A stretch of 61,942 nt of DNA, counting the filler. It is 4 parts of 4 records of this genome, joined end to end, with 100 filler letters (N's around TTAATTAATTAA, not from the genome) between each part and the next. Parts side by side here need not be neighbours in the genome. Positions count along the whole stretch, not along the records: positions 22,107 to 34,456 come from DRR378314_249; positions 34,557 to 56,277 come from DRR378314_252; 2 more parts are not named here. One strand, given 5' to 3'. The translations under genes were made by a program, and so were the position numbers. Position 1 is the first letter of the stretch, and each line of letters begins with the position of its first letter. This document shows positions 25,201-37,527 of this stretch, one piece after another. The notes under the pieces are model-generated. The model searched no databases, was not told the DNA's origin, and worked only from the letters and a program-made list of their open reading frames with translations.

Positions 25201-27418
25201 TTTCCAATTAGGCAAGTAGAACGGCTCAACCAGGCGAGCGAAAGTGTGCAGAAGATGGAGCAAGTGCGCGCTGCGGACGAAGAGCGCGTGCGACAAGCCG
25301 AAGAAGACCTCCTTGATGTACGACAGCTACATGGGAATATATTGGACACGATGCTAGGCTTGAGAAGGACTCTTTTTCCGCAGACGCCACCCGTTCTCTG
25401 CGGTTTTCTTTCACTCCTTTTGTCCTCACCGTACGATTAAGTGGAGAATCCGTACTCCTATGCATATGCTGTGTCCCAATACTTATCAAATCTGCATTGC
25501 AGCATTCCATGTTAGGCCCTTGACGTGCAGTGAGAGCCACCCGGTACAGATCCGATTTGTAGGGCCACTTGGAAGTCGCGATCACAGCAGGTCAGCGTTG
25601 TTAGCATTCGGAGCTGTAGCTCAGCGCAAAGCGCACTCCACCTGAAAAATTATCATCCATCCTGAACCCAAATACGATCGTGGATGATTATTGGTATAGA
25701 CTCGTAAGTTACTCGACAGGACTCGTGGCGAACTGGAGCAGAAGCAACTGGAAATCGACATGCTACGCGTACGTCGTCGCCGGAACACGTGCGCGACGCT
25801 AACGTCGCGCGAACACATGATCCTACCACATGGTTTTGCAACGAGGGAAAGTGTTGCTCCGCGTCCTGATCGAGTAACGACTAGCGCTTTCCGTACGCAA
25901 GCAACCTAATTATATATATTGCAACGTATCGATATCGCTCACTTTCAGCTCAAGGTGAAGCAGTTTCACGGCGAGAAATTGGACGGGATGGACATGCAGG
26001 AGCTGAATGCCTTTGAGGCCCAGCTTGCAGAAACCGTGAAACACGTCGGCGCAGCAAAGGTAATGCTGCGATAACGCGATGGACGCGCGCGCCCAATGAT
26101 TTTCGTGACGCTAGACGCAAGTCTTTCCAGACTTGAATGCCGCTGGCAGTGACGTGTTGCCGAATGCTGCACGGAAACATCCGTGCTCCGAATTGCGCAT
26201 GAGTCAACGGTTCGGGTGATGGAGGTGGAGGGGGCAGGGGAAAAGGAGATCAAGGGCAGCTACCTGCGCTACAGATTTCCAGGCGGTCGTCACAGCTCAG
26301 TAAGACTCTCGCATTGAACCCCACTATGCGCGCAACGTACCCAGCATGGGAGGGTTTGGCTTCCATGATCGCTCGTTTTGCTGTAAAAGTGCACGATAGC
26401 TCGTATTCTCCCCACAGTGTACGGGAGAAAGAAACTTGGAAGGGAGTTTGCGTCATTACTTCTGCAGGCTTGGTGGTCGTTCAGAACACAATTGGCCGCG
26501 CTGTGCAGCGCTGCATTTTTTGCCGTAAAGCCCGGGCTCGCGCAATGTAACAGGGTACTGATACTGAGCTGTGTTACTTGCATACACAAATGGGCCCATA
26601 GATTTCTCGTCTCAGAGCCGAATATGATGAACAGTTGGCGCGAGTAAAGCGTGAAGTTCGCGAGACCCTGGAGCAGCACACAGCGGCGTCGGAGTCAGTT
26701 CAAGCTGAGGTGAGACACAAGGCGGCGCTCTCCTCTGGGCGTACCGGGGCGGGATCCGCTTGCCGCGTTTTTGGCCTGTGTTAACGTGGTAAATCCCTCC
26801 TTTAGTACTAGCAAGCGCCGGCGTAGTATACTCAAAGGAAGAGAGCGAGTATATTTTCCGCATAAAGTAAGCAGTGAAGGAGCGCCATGCGTGGGACTTA
26901 GGCTCCTTTGGCCCGAGCGCTGTGCCCTCATGCAGATGAAACGCGTACGCGAGGAGATGCGGCACGTCGGTGGGACCGAGGCGCGCTTGCGCAGCGAATT
27001 TCAGACCCAGCTGCAGGTTCGTACGCCATCTCTCATACCATTTCATATATAGTGTCCTGGTAGGATGGTCAGAGTGAGCGGAAGAGCGTGGAAACGAAGC
27101 ACCTGCTGTGCATGCGTACATGCTCGTTCGTAGAGCGCGTTCTATTCGCAAGCGTTGCAACGAACACAATGCTCCAGCAGCTGGGCGCTCTGGCGCACGC
27201 TTTGCAATACTCTGCATGATGACTTGCTCGCTACAAAAGCGTCTCATTCCGCATGAAGAATAGACGGTATGACGTAATCCCGCTGAATCATACTTTCTCC
27301 CGTCCGTGTGCCTCGACAGGCGGAGCTTATGAGCAACGAAGAGTTGCGAACACGAATCGAAACGCTTCAGGAAGGCTTTGTGCAGCTGCGCAGCAGGATG
27401 CGCCGCGATGTCGCCTAG
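22223..27418 (+). CDS. RCC1-repeat (RLD) protein with C-terminal coiled coil including a K-box-like segment; 5'-truncated by the gap
   Basis: RCC1 blades: QVSCGIHHTLALS, EVFAWGTGEGGTLGLG, VQSGGFHSLALS, VLYSWGSDEKGQLGHG, VAAGMHHSAAIL, VVTFGCGEYGRLGHGD, VVCGGFHTLVLT. Then coiled-coil exons (NAILQKQVRLLEERRR..., TRKLLDRTRGELEQKQLEIDMLR, 25949-26059, ISRLRAEYDEQL..., AELMSNEELRTRIETLQEGFVQLRSRMRRDVA*), TAG at 27416-27418. Confidence 0.85.
23432..23456. repeat. (TGCAG)5 pentanucleotide repeat, intronic
   Basis: tgcagtgcagtgcagtgcagtgcag seen directly. Confidence 0.8.
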
Positions 27419-27962
27419 CGGCAGCTGCAACGCAACCCTGCATTCCATGCGCAGACTGCCATCAATGTTTCATCCTTGTTGATGGCAGTAGTGCGGAAAA
27501 TAATAATAATACACATGCGAATTCCGGGATCAGATTGTTCGTTTCGCAACTCCGCGTCGCCGAGCGGAAGAGCTGGGTGGGGTGACTGTTGGCCCACCTT
27601 GCGCCGTCCTAATCTGGTTCACGATATAGGGGTATTCGTAAGGAAACACCGTGCTGTCTGCGAGGCTGCAGCGGATTGTAATCGGAAGGGCGCCGAGAGC
27701 GCGCCGCGCCGTGCTGCGCTGTGCTAGCAGAGTACCTGCCGTTCTCACTGCCGCGTTGAGCGCGTCCCTCTGGCCCGCCGCACGTTTTACGGAATCGCTT
27801 CGCAGCTGGAGGCATTTCCGCGGCGCTGTAGAAGTAACGGACAGCAAATTATCTCCTGCACATTCAGCAAGGGAGAACTATCCGTCGAAAGCTCTTCGAG
27901 GAGGGCCGTTGGCAAGAGCACGCAGCCAGCAAGTGCGTAGCCGCCTCCCGCGCTGCAAAGCA

Positions 27963-30900
27963 ATGGCGAGCGCGCCGAGTGCAACTTCGTCGCACATGCC
28001 CACGGGCGGGCTCACGCTGAAACTCGACGAGCGCGGCGAGAGCGCGTTCGTGAAGTTTTTCAGGAGCATGCCCGCTAAATCAGCAGGTACGTTTTATTTT
28101 CGATCGGCAGAATGAACAGGGAAAGCGTGCCGTTTGCTGTCTGCGGTCCGAGGGCGCGTGCGTTTGGCGTTGCTGTGCTGGCGCGAATGCGCCGTCAATC
28201 TCTTGGCGTTGCTGGCGAGAGCTTACGCCGTGCGTTTCGCGCTCTCGGCGGCGCGGCACGCGGCTTTCCCCCTCTTTCCTGCGGGACTGCGCTTTGTTGT
28301 GCTACAGAAAATGTGGTGCGGTTCTTTGATCGCCGCGACTATTACACTGTGCATGGTGATGATGCGAAGCTGATAGCGGCGGAATTCTTTAAAACGGAAG
28401 CGGTAATGAAGACGATGCGCGGCGGCTTGCCGTACGTGTGCTGCTCGGCGGTGAACTTCGAGGTCCGTTGCGCAGCACAGCTGCCGCCCGTGTGTAAAAG
28501 CGCGTACGCGGCCGCATCCGAAATGGTTCGCACTTGTAGTGGGAAGATGAGGTCCGGAGGAGCAGTGGATGGTAGAGCGGGTGCTGCGAGATACAGCACC
28601 CTGGTTATTTGGAACCCAGGTTGTTCGCAGGTCACGAGCAGCAGGTGTGCGCCCCAGCGTGGTGGCTCGGCTGCGCGCGAACCCCACGTCACGCTGCGCA
28701 CAGCGAGCTTCGCGTACGGCGACAATGTCGTGTAGGCGCAAGAAAAAGGGACTCGGGTGCACGCGCGTACTGATTGCCGTCTCTACTTGTTCCCGGACTT
28801 TGTCTCGTGCAGACGTTTGCGCGCGAGCTCATCCTTGAGCGCCGCTGTCGGGTGGAAGTGTGGGCGCAGCGGTCCAGTGCTGCGCACATGTGGGCGCTGT
28901 CACGTCACGCGTCGCCGGGCAACTTGCAAGACTTTGAAGATGTCCTTTTTTCCCACGCAGACATGATTGACAACCCTGTTGTTGTGGCTGTGCGCTTCAA
29001 GGCCACGGCGGGCGAAAAGCGAATGTCAGTGGCGTTTGCTGACGCCGCTGCTCGGCGGCTCGGGGTGTGCGAGTTTCTCGACAACGACGCGTTCGCCAAT
29101 CTCGAAGCGCTTCTCCTGCAGGTTGGCGCGAAAGAAGCCATCTGGCAGCGCGACTCGTCCGCGGATGGCCGAAAGATTGCCGACGTGTTCGCGCGGTGCG
29201 AGCTGGCAGTCACCGAGGAGCGCGCGGCCACCTTCCGCGACCAGGATCTCGAGCAAGATCTGAAGCGCCTGCTGGGCGACGAGTTTGTGTCGAGTCTTCC
29301 CGCGCTTGATGCGAAGAGCTGCCTTCCATGCCTCGCGGGTCTCATTTCGTTTCTGAATCTCCTGGGGAACGATTCGAACGCGGGACGCTTCTCCCTCGAG
29401 GTGTACGATGCTCGTAGATTCATGCGGCTCGACGCGTCGGCGTCAAAGGCACTGAATCTCTTCCCGGCGCGCGAGGACTCATCGCGGAGCATGTCGCTGT
29501 TTGGTCTGCTGAATCAGTGCAAAACGGGAATGGGCTCGCGCCTTTTGTCGTCGTGGTTGAAGCAGCCGCTCCTTGACGGCGACGAGATTGCGCGCCGCCA
29601 CGACGTTGTCGAGGCGTTCTTGGACGACCCGGACCTACTGGAGACGATCCACGACGACAAGATGCGCCGCGTTCCGGACCTGCATCGTTTGGTTGCAAAG
29701 CTGCAGAGTGTCGGGCGAGGGTCTCTGCAGGATCTCGTGCGGGTGTACCAATTTGTGGCGTGCCTTCCCGCGTGGCGCAACGCTTTTGCCGCGCACAGTG
29801 GAAGGCACCGCTCGCTGCTGGCGGACAAGTTTCTCGAGCCGCTCACTGCGCTTCAGCAGGACTTTGGGAACTTTGAGCAACTTGTGGAGCAATCGATTGA
29901 TCTCGATGCGATCACACAGCACGAGTATTTGATAAATGCTGATTTTGACGAGGGGCTGCAGGAGATCAAGGCTCAGAAGGAGGCGCTGCTGGCGGAGCTC
30001 GAGGCCGTAGCAGAGCGAGCGGCGGACTCGCTTGGCCTGGAGCTTGGCAAGTCGCTCAAATTCGAGCGGAACGACAAGAACGGCCATTATCTGCGCGTCT
30101 CTCGCAAAGATGAAAAGTGTTTGCGCAACAACGCGCGTTTCACGACGATTGAGACGCGCAAAGATGGCGTACGGTTCACGAATGCGAAGCTCCGTCGCAT
30201 GGACGAAGAGTTTTCGGCGCTCGTGGAGGAATATGCGGCGCGCCAGCACGACCTGCGCGCCAAGGTGCTCGAGATTGCGGCAACGTACGCTCCGGTGATG
30301 CAACGTGCTGCAAGTATCATTGCGGATATGGACGTTCTTGCGTCATTTGCGCATGTGGCGGCGACGGCTCCAGGCGGGCGCGCGTACGTGAGGCCTGAGA
30401 TCGTGCGCGACGAGGACGGTATCGTTTCCCTCCACGAGTGCCGCCATCCGTGCCTGGAGGCGCAAGACGATGTGTCATTTATCCCCAACACTGTCGAGCT
30501 CTTGCCGAAGAAGAGTCAGGTTCAGATTGTGACCGGCCCGAACATGGGCGGAAAGTCGACGTATATTCGTCAGGCGGGCGTCGTGGTCCTAATGGCGCAC
30601 GTTGGGGCGTTTGTTCCGTGCACGAGCGCGCGCGTGTCGCTGTGCGACTGCATTCTTGCGCGCGTGGGCGCAAGTGACAGTCAGCTCCGCGGGGTGTCGA
30701 CGTTTATGGCGGAAATGCTCGAGACTGCCACCATTCTGAAGACCGCAACTCCGCGATCGCTGGTGATCATCGACGAGCTGGGACGCGGCACGTCGACGTA
30801 CGACGGGTTCGGCCTCGCCTGGGCCATCTCCGAGCACATTGCCCGCGAAATCCGCGCGCCGTGCCTCTTTGCAACGCATTTCCACGAGCTCACCGCGCTT

Positions 30901-31362
30901 GCCGACGTGTGCGAGGGCGTTGTGAATCGCCACGTCACCGCGCACACCACGGAAGACGATATTACATTCCTCTACCGCGTCAACGACGGTCCGTGCGAAA
31001 AGAGTTTTGGTATCCACGTCGCTCGGCTGGCGCGCTTCCCCGATGCCGTGCTGCGCGTTGCGAAGCGCAAGGCAGACGAGCTCGAGGACTCGAATCGCCC
31101 GCTCGAGCGCGATGTTCGCGACAGGCTCGTGAACGCCGCGCGCGAGCTGGACGCGAGCGTTGTCGACGCTGGACGCCGCGCCATGCGGCAGCTCCTATCG
31201 CAACCGGACGCAGAGACTGCCCTCGATGACGAAACTCCGCCAGAGGCGCGCAATGCGGCACGAAAGCGGCTGCGAGCGAGCATGGACGACGTCAAGAACG
31301 AGTATGTGGCGCGCGTGCTCGGGATCGCGTTGGAGGGCCTCGCCTCCAACACGTCCGCGTGA
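27963..31362 (+). CDS. MSH2: DNA mismatch repair protein MSH2
   Basis: Exons 27963-28086, 28308-28462 (VRFFDRRDYYTVHGDDA), 28813-31362 (ASPGNLQDFEDVLF, FMRLDASA, WLKQPL, Walker A TGPNMGGKSTYIRQ, GVSTFMAEMLE, IIDELGRGTSTYDGFGLAWAISE, FATHFHEL, SFGIHVA). Confidence 0.97.
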
Positions 31363-31966
31363 ACGGGCGTGCCCACTCTCCGTCTATGCGCTGTCCCCAA
31401 TACTCCGCGACTCTGCGCTCGACGCTTTGTACGGGCGAAAGTCTGGCGGGAGCGCGGTCTTGAAGAGGACTATCGCGGTGTACTCGCTGCTTGTAGCAGG
31501 TCCATGGAGGCTCCCTTGTAGCGGGCAGATAGCTTGGGCAAGCGCGCTGTTCCTGGATAGCACATATTGGTGTTGCTGTGCCAGGTCGGCAAGGCGAATG
31601 CAGAGTGACGAGGCAGTGACCAGAGTCGCGTCATCGAGGTCGTGTCAGGGCGCTTCCCGTTCGTGTGTGAGGTGTGCTCGCTTTGCGTGGTCTGAGCTTT
31701 GTCGCCAGTACATTGCTTTACTTCCTTGGGTCGGCGGAAGCAAGGGGGGAAAACAAGTACGGCGAGCGAGAGCGCGAGTTGTCTGTGTCCTGGCGTACAA
31801 AATGTACTACATCGCCCCAAACAAACACTCAGCGCCTGCAAATGCATTTGATTTGGCTTGTGTAGCATGGGTTTTTCTCACATGCACCCTGGCACCCAAA
31901 AGGAAAGGGTTAGTTTATATACACAGAAGATTCGCACGATGCCGCGTCAGCTCCCTGCTTCCTGCC

Positions 31967-34456
31967 CTATGGCAGCGGCGTCCCCAGCCTCTCAGTGACA
32001 TCGCGAAGGCGCGCCGCTGCTTCCTCTGTCATTTGATTCTTTGATCCAAGTTGCGTAGTGTACATCTTTGTTGTACGGGTCAAGACTTCGTGAACCTGCG
32101 CGTGGCAAGGCACATTTCGAGACCGGAAAGAAATGGTTGTCGAGAGCGGGCGGTAATCGACGCAGACCGCCACAGGCGCACCGCTCAGAGTCTGCATGCG
32201 CGTGTGTGTCTGCTGCCGAACTCCAGGGTTGCACCTCAGCAATCTCCCTTCGCCGATGCAGCATATCCAAGCAGTCCGAGCAGTGGGGCAATAGCACCGC
32301 GTATCACATCCAAGAGGTGCAGCCACGGCTGACACTTCTACATATGTTAGGCAAAACAAGCTTGCATGGAAGTGGTGTCTGTGCTAGCGCGACACAGTTG
32401 GAACTGTACACGCAGTATAGCGTACCTGCCGGAGAATTGCGCTTTGGATGACAAAGGGAAGCGCTGTTTCGGCTTCAGCTTGTATGTCTTGATCAATAAT
32501 ACTATCGTTGAATCCAGACAAGAGCGAGCTTGATGCGACCGAAGACCCTCGCCCGCTACTCGAGGTGTTTAGGAGCGACAGACGGTGCCGCCGCCGAATG
32601 CGCTGTCGCGCGCTTCGGCCATGCTGTCGTGAGCCGCTTCGCTGTAGCGCACCAGAAGGATTGGCACCTGGAGAAGGTGCGTCCTGTGTCCCTTCACCGA
32701 TTGCATCGACAGGAGTGTCCTCCGGTAATGTTGACAGTGTAGAGACCTTCCTGGGTCTTCGGGAAATGCTGGGTCGCTGGCTCGGTGCAGACGACTGCGT
32801 GTCAGGTTCGCTTGCCATCTCCGGTGAAAGTGCGGCACTGCTTGCGCCGTCGGATCGGAGAGTCTGTCGATTAATATAGACGAGCACAATTGCTGTAAGC
32901 AAAACACTGATCCATTCTGTTCTCCCCAGGTAATACACTGCGGCCCGTACATCTCTGTGGAGCGGTGTCAAATAATCTCGGGGAGCCTCGTCCGACCGCA
33001 GTCGCGATGCTCTGTCACTCCTCTGCGTGAAACAGGAAACGAAGTGTAGCCTCAACGCTCGTGCGCCCGGAGACAGCTCGGATCACGCAAGCCTCTTCAG
33101 CAGAGTAGCACCGTTCATCGCAGCGATTCATTGCCTCTACAGTGCAAACATTCGCGGTAGCTTCTGTGCATGTTCATGGACTGCGCTTCGTTCTTGTATC
33201 CGAGGGTCTTACTACTCCCTCGAGCACGTTTGCCCATATTGTACAGCTCACCTCTGTCGCCGTGTCGCCACCCAGAGTTTGCCTTTCTCCCAGCGCGTCT
33301 GCGCCATGCACTGGGTCAGACACAGACATGGGCTCATCGTCCTCTGCACGGTCCAGATCTGCGCCATAGCTTGCGAATTCGCGTGTCGCTGGATGCAAAG
33401 TGCTGGTCGTCGCGCTGTTCGCGATAGAGGAGGCGCTGAGTCTCTGTGTTCTCTCCATAATCCTTCTACTCAGAACGATAACACGGGAAAGTGAAGTTGC
33501 AGCGTGTAACCTAAGCACAGCATAGCCGTGGGGAAGGGGCTCACCCGCAGTTGTTTGGTTTTCTCTACACTGCAATTCGGTCACGAACAACGTGTAGGTC
33601 TGCTCTTGCGCGTCTGATGAAGAGCCTGATATACTGTTTGGTCTCTTTGATAATGTAAACACGGCAGCCCCCCCCGCCGCCAAAATTTTTTTTACTGCAG
33701 TATGCATGCGTCAGCACTGTCTCACGCGGAGCTCAACAGGACCGCTGCGTTGAGGAGCAGGCAAGAGATCCTGCTGTCGGCCTGCGTGCCACCCAGCTCT
33801 CCGCCGTGCTTTACGTACGAGTTCCTATGCGAACTACCTCCCGTACTGCGACGCAAATCCAAAACGCGAAAGTAAAGTGCATAGAAATGACTGGTATGTA
33901 GACCGAGGAAATGACAGTCGCTCAGAAGATAGCGACGAAGCTTGGAATGGTGCAGTGCGAAATCTTGTACAAGCCCTTGCGTACCGCTCTTTGGCAACTG
34001 CTCGCAAGAGGGCACTCGTTCCCGTCAATGACAGTCCAACATTCAGAACTAGGTGAGTTTGCCGAGCAACATGTCATGCAGTACAAAAACGCATATGAAA
34101 TTCATGACACGCATATACACATCTTCACTGAGAAAAGTGCGCGCAGTGATTCTCTGTGTGCTAGCCCAAATGGGGAGCATCGCCGGCGGGGCAAAGCAGT
34201 CGGGAATCGTGCACGTGCTCCGGGTACGGACACCTGCGCACGGGTACTCTCATTCTCAGAGAGGAGCCGAGCATAATCCGTGGTAACTTTTGGCCGGGTG
34301 TGTGTTAAGAGATGAGGACCTAACGCTGCACCAAAGGAGAGTGTACACGGACGTATGCTATTGTTTCTGTCGAAGGGCCGGATTCTTGCGTACATTTCGC
34401 GCTGCCGTTTCTGTCGCCAGTGTTTGCGCCATCGCCATCGCCATCGCCATCGCCAT
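31967..34456 (-). CDS. Hypothetical low-complexity (S/R/D-rich) multi-exon protein; 5'-truncated by the gap, 3' end uncertain
   Basis: Probable exons ~33252-33500 (ATSLSRVIVLSRRIMERTQ...GGDTATE|gtgagc), ~32951-33023 (RSDRASRLRSDEAPRDYLTPLHRD|gtacgg), ~32426-32863 (TLRSDGASS...ALPFVIQSAILRQ|gtacgc). No family recognised. Confidence 0.45.
34428..34456. repeat. (GCCATC)n hexamer repeat at contig end
   Basis: gccatcgccatcgccatcgccatcgccat runs into the Ns; a likely cause of the assembly break. Confidence 0.85.
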
Positions 34457-34556
34457 NNNNNNNNNNNNNNNNNNNNNNNNNNNNNNNNNNNNNNNNNNNN
34501 TTAATTAATTAANNNNNNNNNNNNNNNNNNNNNNNNNNNNNNNNNNNNNNNNNNNN
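34457..34556. other. Artificial assembly spacer N44-TTAATTAATTAA-N44
   Basis: Same 100-bp structure as at 22007. Confidence 0.97.
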
Positions 34557-34613
34557 CCATGAGAGTCAGCGCTAAGGTGGTGGACCGCCTCGCACAAGTA
34601 CCCATCAACGCAC

Positions 34614-36199
34614 AGGGCGAATCGAGTGACAGACTCCTCTGCTGACCACTTCCCGAAGCTTCTCGATGTCATCGCGTTCGAGCAAAGTTTTTCCAACCTG
34701 CATTGCACCAAACAACTGTCAGATGTATTACTTCGTTGTTCCGCCGAGGGTCAGTAGAGTACCTTCGTACACGAGCAGTAGACAGAGTGCCGAGCTCATA
34801 GCGCGGCGCTGTTTCTCGTATGCGCGTCCGAGACCTGCCTGCTCGGCACGCGCTTACACGCACGCAAGAGCACGCGCGCCAAACAAGTCCTAGTTCGCTG
34901 CAAGTGGCAAGACTTTCCTTTGACTCTTCAAGTTTCAGAGATTAATATGAGCATAGAAAACCTAGGGTGCTTGCCCAAACTGAAAAGAAGCCGCCGGTGT
35001 AGTACTTGCTGCGGGGTCCCCCGCGAAGAAAGCAGAGAGCACGAGCAACCAGAGCGATAGCAGACGCATAACGTCGCACAGACCGTGTTTCCCTCGCCAC
35101 CGCCACCCCAAGACTATGGGAACCCACTCCCTTTCTACGCCGTTTAACGATCCGTAAACACGACACTTATGGAGAATAGAACGTACCGTGAGTACAGTTT
35201 CTCGAAAGTCGTCAGTCAGATGATCGTCTACGCCCATTTGCCGCATGTTTGGGCGCAGAAGGTGAAACGCAGACTGGAGCGCTACAAAATCCGGCGCGCG
35301 AACGCTCAGTGCGACTTCATTCCAGCCTCCGTCTTTCCAGGAGGTGGCAAGGCAGTTTGCGTCATGTACGTGACGAATTAAATCGAGAAAATCTCGCCAG
35401 TCGTACACAAAACGCAGTGATTCATGACCACGCGTCGAGCGATCCAGAGGATGCGTGCGCTCCTCTGCAACAGCAACGCCCATGTCGCGCGCGGCGTCTC
35501 GCAGCTCCTGGGACACCCGCAGGACCGCCACGCACATCGAACGAGGCCAAGTCCCACATCAGATGAATGCGACATGATATCGCCGCTCGCATTGTCCTCC
35601 GTAATTCAAGCGTCCTAATGCACAGACAATAAAAGTGATTCTGTTGTTCACATTCCTTCGCAAAGCGACACTACGAGCACAGCACAGCGAGAAAACCCAC
35701 TGGAGGATGGTGCTCCGACCTCGTGCGCAGCAACGTACCTGATCAACGCGACGCGTCCAGTCTACTCCTATACGAGAAATAAAATCAACCCTCCCAAGCA
35801 TTGCGCTGTGTCGTCGCTTTGATCTTTCTTGTAGCGCATACCGCATATTTGCGCACAGTATTCCCTCGCTATCTTCGATGCGAAAGCGTGATAGGACTGA
35901 CGCCATCGCCCATGAGCTTCCCGCTTTCTGACCAGTGAGTTCGTCATCACTACTAGGGCGCTTCGATGAGCTCGACAGCCGCTCGTTCACCCAATGGCGA
36001 AGACTTTCTTCCGTTGATAAAGTTTCGTCTCTTTCATCGCTATGGGCGTCGCTGCGTAGCTCCTGTGTAAGGAAGTGGGTCGCAAGAAACGCCAAGTGTC
36101 GTAAATAGAAACGCATTAGCTGCTTGGAGTCCAACCAAACTTTGTCTGCCTTTGGCGGCCGCTGCCCTGTACGCACGACAGCGGGGGCCGAATCGCGAC
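34614..36199 (-). CDS. TBC1D19: TBC1D19-like protein, N-terminal half; first exon(s) upstream unresolved, 3' part lost in the gap
   Basis: Exons 35739-36199, 35187-35507 and 34614-34697 splice to ...WTRRVDQ|ELRDAARDMGVAVAEERT...LRFVYDWRDFLDLI...WNEVALSVRAPDFVALQSAFHLLRPNMRQMGVDD...|VGKTLLERDDIEKLREVVSRGVCHSIRP. This is colinear with my recollection of TBC1D19 (WEKRILKSL..ELSIPLARKR..FRPVYAPKDFLEVL..GQLGIDD..GQKVL..RQGSPTALR). Confidence 0.7.
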
Positions 36200-37527
36200 C
36201 TGTAAACAATAGCGCTGCTGCCCATGCCCTCTAACGATATCATTTCGACTGCACATTCCACGCTATTGTTTGTTGCACATGTTTTTAGGATATCGAATTG
36301 CACGCAACCTCTTCTCTGCGGAAAAGAAACCCTTAGTGCCTCGGAAAAAGGAAAAATTGTGCGCGGAGGCGCGCTTCTGCACACGTACCCGCAGAACATT
36401 TCGGCGCCACCGCACCACCTTGATATTCACCATAGTACTGCGCGGCGAGTCAAGAAACCGCACGATGCGCATAGATTAGCATGTTCCAGTATTATGTCCC
36501 AGCAACGTCCAATGGGCGACAGAGTTGGTTGCGAAAATCGCGAAATAGTGTGGAAAGGGCAGGACATAAGCCAGCAAAGTTGGCGCCCCACCCCAACGAG
36601 CTGCGCGCAGTGCAAAGAGCCGGCCGGCAGTCCCTTCTTCCCGCTCACTCTGTTCGCGCACCAGCGAATGTTAGTCCCGTACGCCTAAACTTTCTTTGAT
36701 AAACAATTCTCATTCGATGTGTCAGTGCGACGTTTCATTCACCCGCTTTGACCTGTCCATACAATCACAGTAACGCGAAAAAGGAAAAGGGTGACAAAGG
36801 TCCCAGTCCACTTCGGGAAAAGTCGGCCGCCGGGGCCACGCCACCAGTGCATGAATGTTACGCGATTCTCAAACCCCCTGTATTTTCTGCTAACCCATCT
36901 CAACGTGGTAAACCTCTGGAATGTTCATTCACGATTAGCTCTGCGGCTTGGTGCTTTACCTCGTGCACACGTATAATGCAGTCGAGGGCATTGAGTGCTG
37001 CGCTTCCCGCAGAGCAGGAACACAACGGAGAGCGTTGGGGGTTCAGGTGCCCAGGGTTACTCTCGCAGGATCCGGCGACAGATGCGTCAGAAATTGATAC
37101 ATAAAGAGACACAGCACGATCGTTATCCAATTATTGACCAAAATTCTCAAGACGAAAAAAAGCTTACTTTGAACTCACCAAAGTGGTCTTCCCGCAGATC
37201 TGCCACAGCGAGACGATTCCTCGATAGGCTGCCAGCGCAGTGCGGCAGTGTGCACCTATGCTGCTGCCGCCCACGACAGCCTCCAAAGCTTGCGTTCGGG
37301 ACCCTTGCGTGTGGGTACTTCTATAAAATGTCCAAATGTATATTTTGCGTTCTGATTGTGGGCATTTGTCGTTAGGGCGCTCCCGTTGGGTACAGGCTTT
37401 GACATTGTAGCAGTGCAGCTGCTTCCTGCCTCGCCTTCTGTGTGCCTCCACTATACAGTTGGCTCTTCGGTGACGTCCGAGTGTACAAACTGAACGAGAC
37501 ATAGAGCGTCCTTTTTCTTTTGCAACC

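Noticed and set aside
27216..27286. Possible intronic C/D snoRNA (ATGATGA...CTGA)
   Set aside because: No terminal stem, no recognisable rRNA guide, and the CTGA sits where the branch point is expected.
28905..31400. Several antisense ORFs over MSH2 (also over TTLL, CAP-H2 and vWA exons)
   Set aside because: Explained by codon bias of the sense gene; no independent motifs.
32864..32950. Hydrophobic stretch (YYLGRTEWISVLLTAIVLVY) suggesting a TM helix or the TBC1D19 C-terminus continuing across the gap
   Set aside because: It falls between a GTACGG donor and a CAG acceptor, so it is probably an in-frame intron; the flanking exons are low-complexity and unlike TBC1D19.
34962..36209. Two same-frame ORFs separated by one TGA (35559-35561), suggesting readthrough, selenocysteine or a variant code
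   Set aside because: The TGA lies inside a canonical phase-0 intron (35508-35738), and TGA terminates MSH2, OSCA and TTLL normally.
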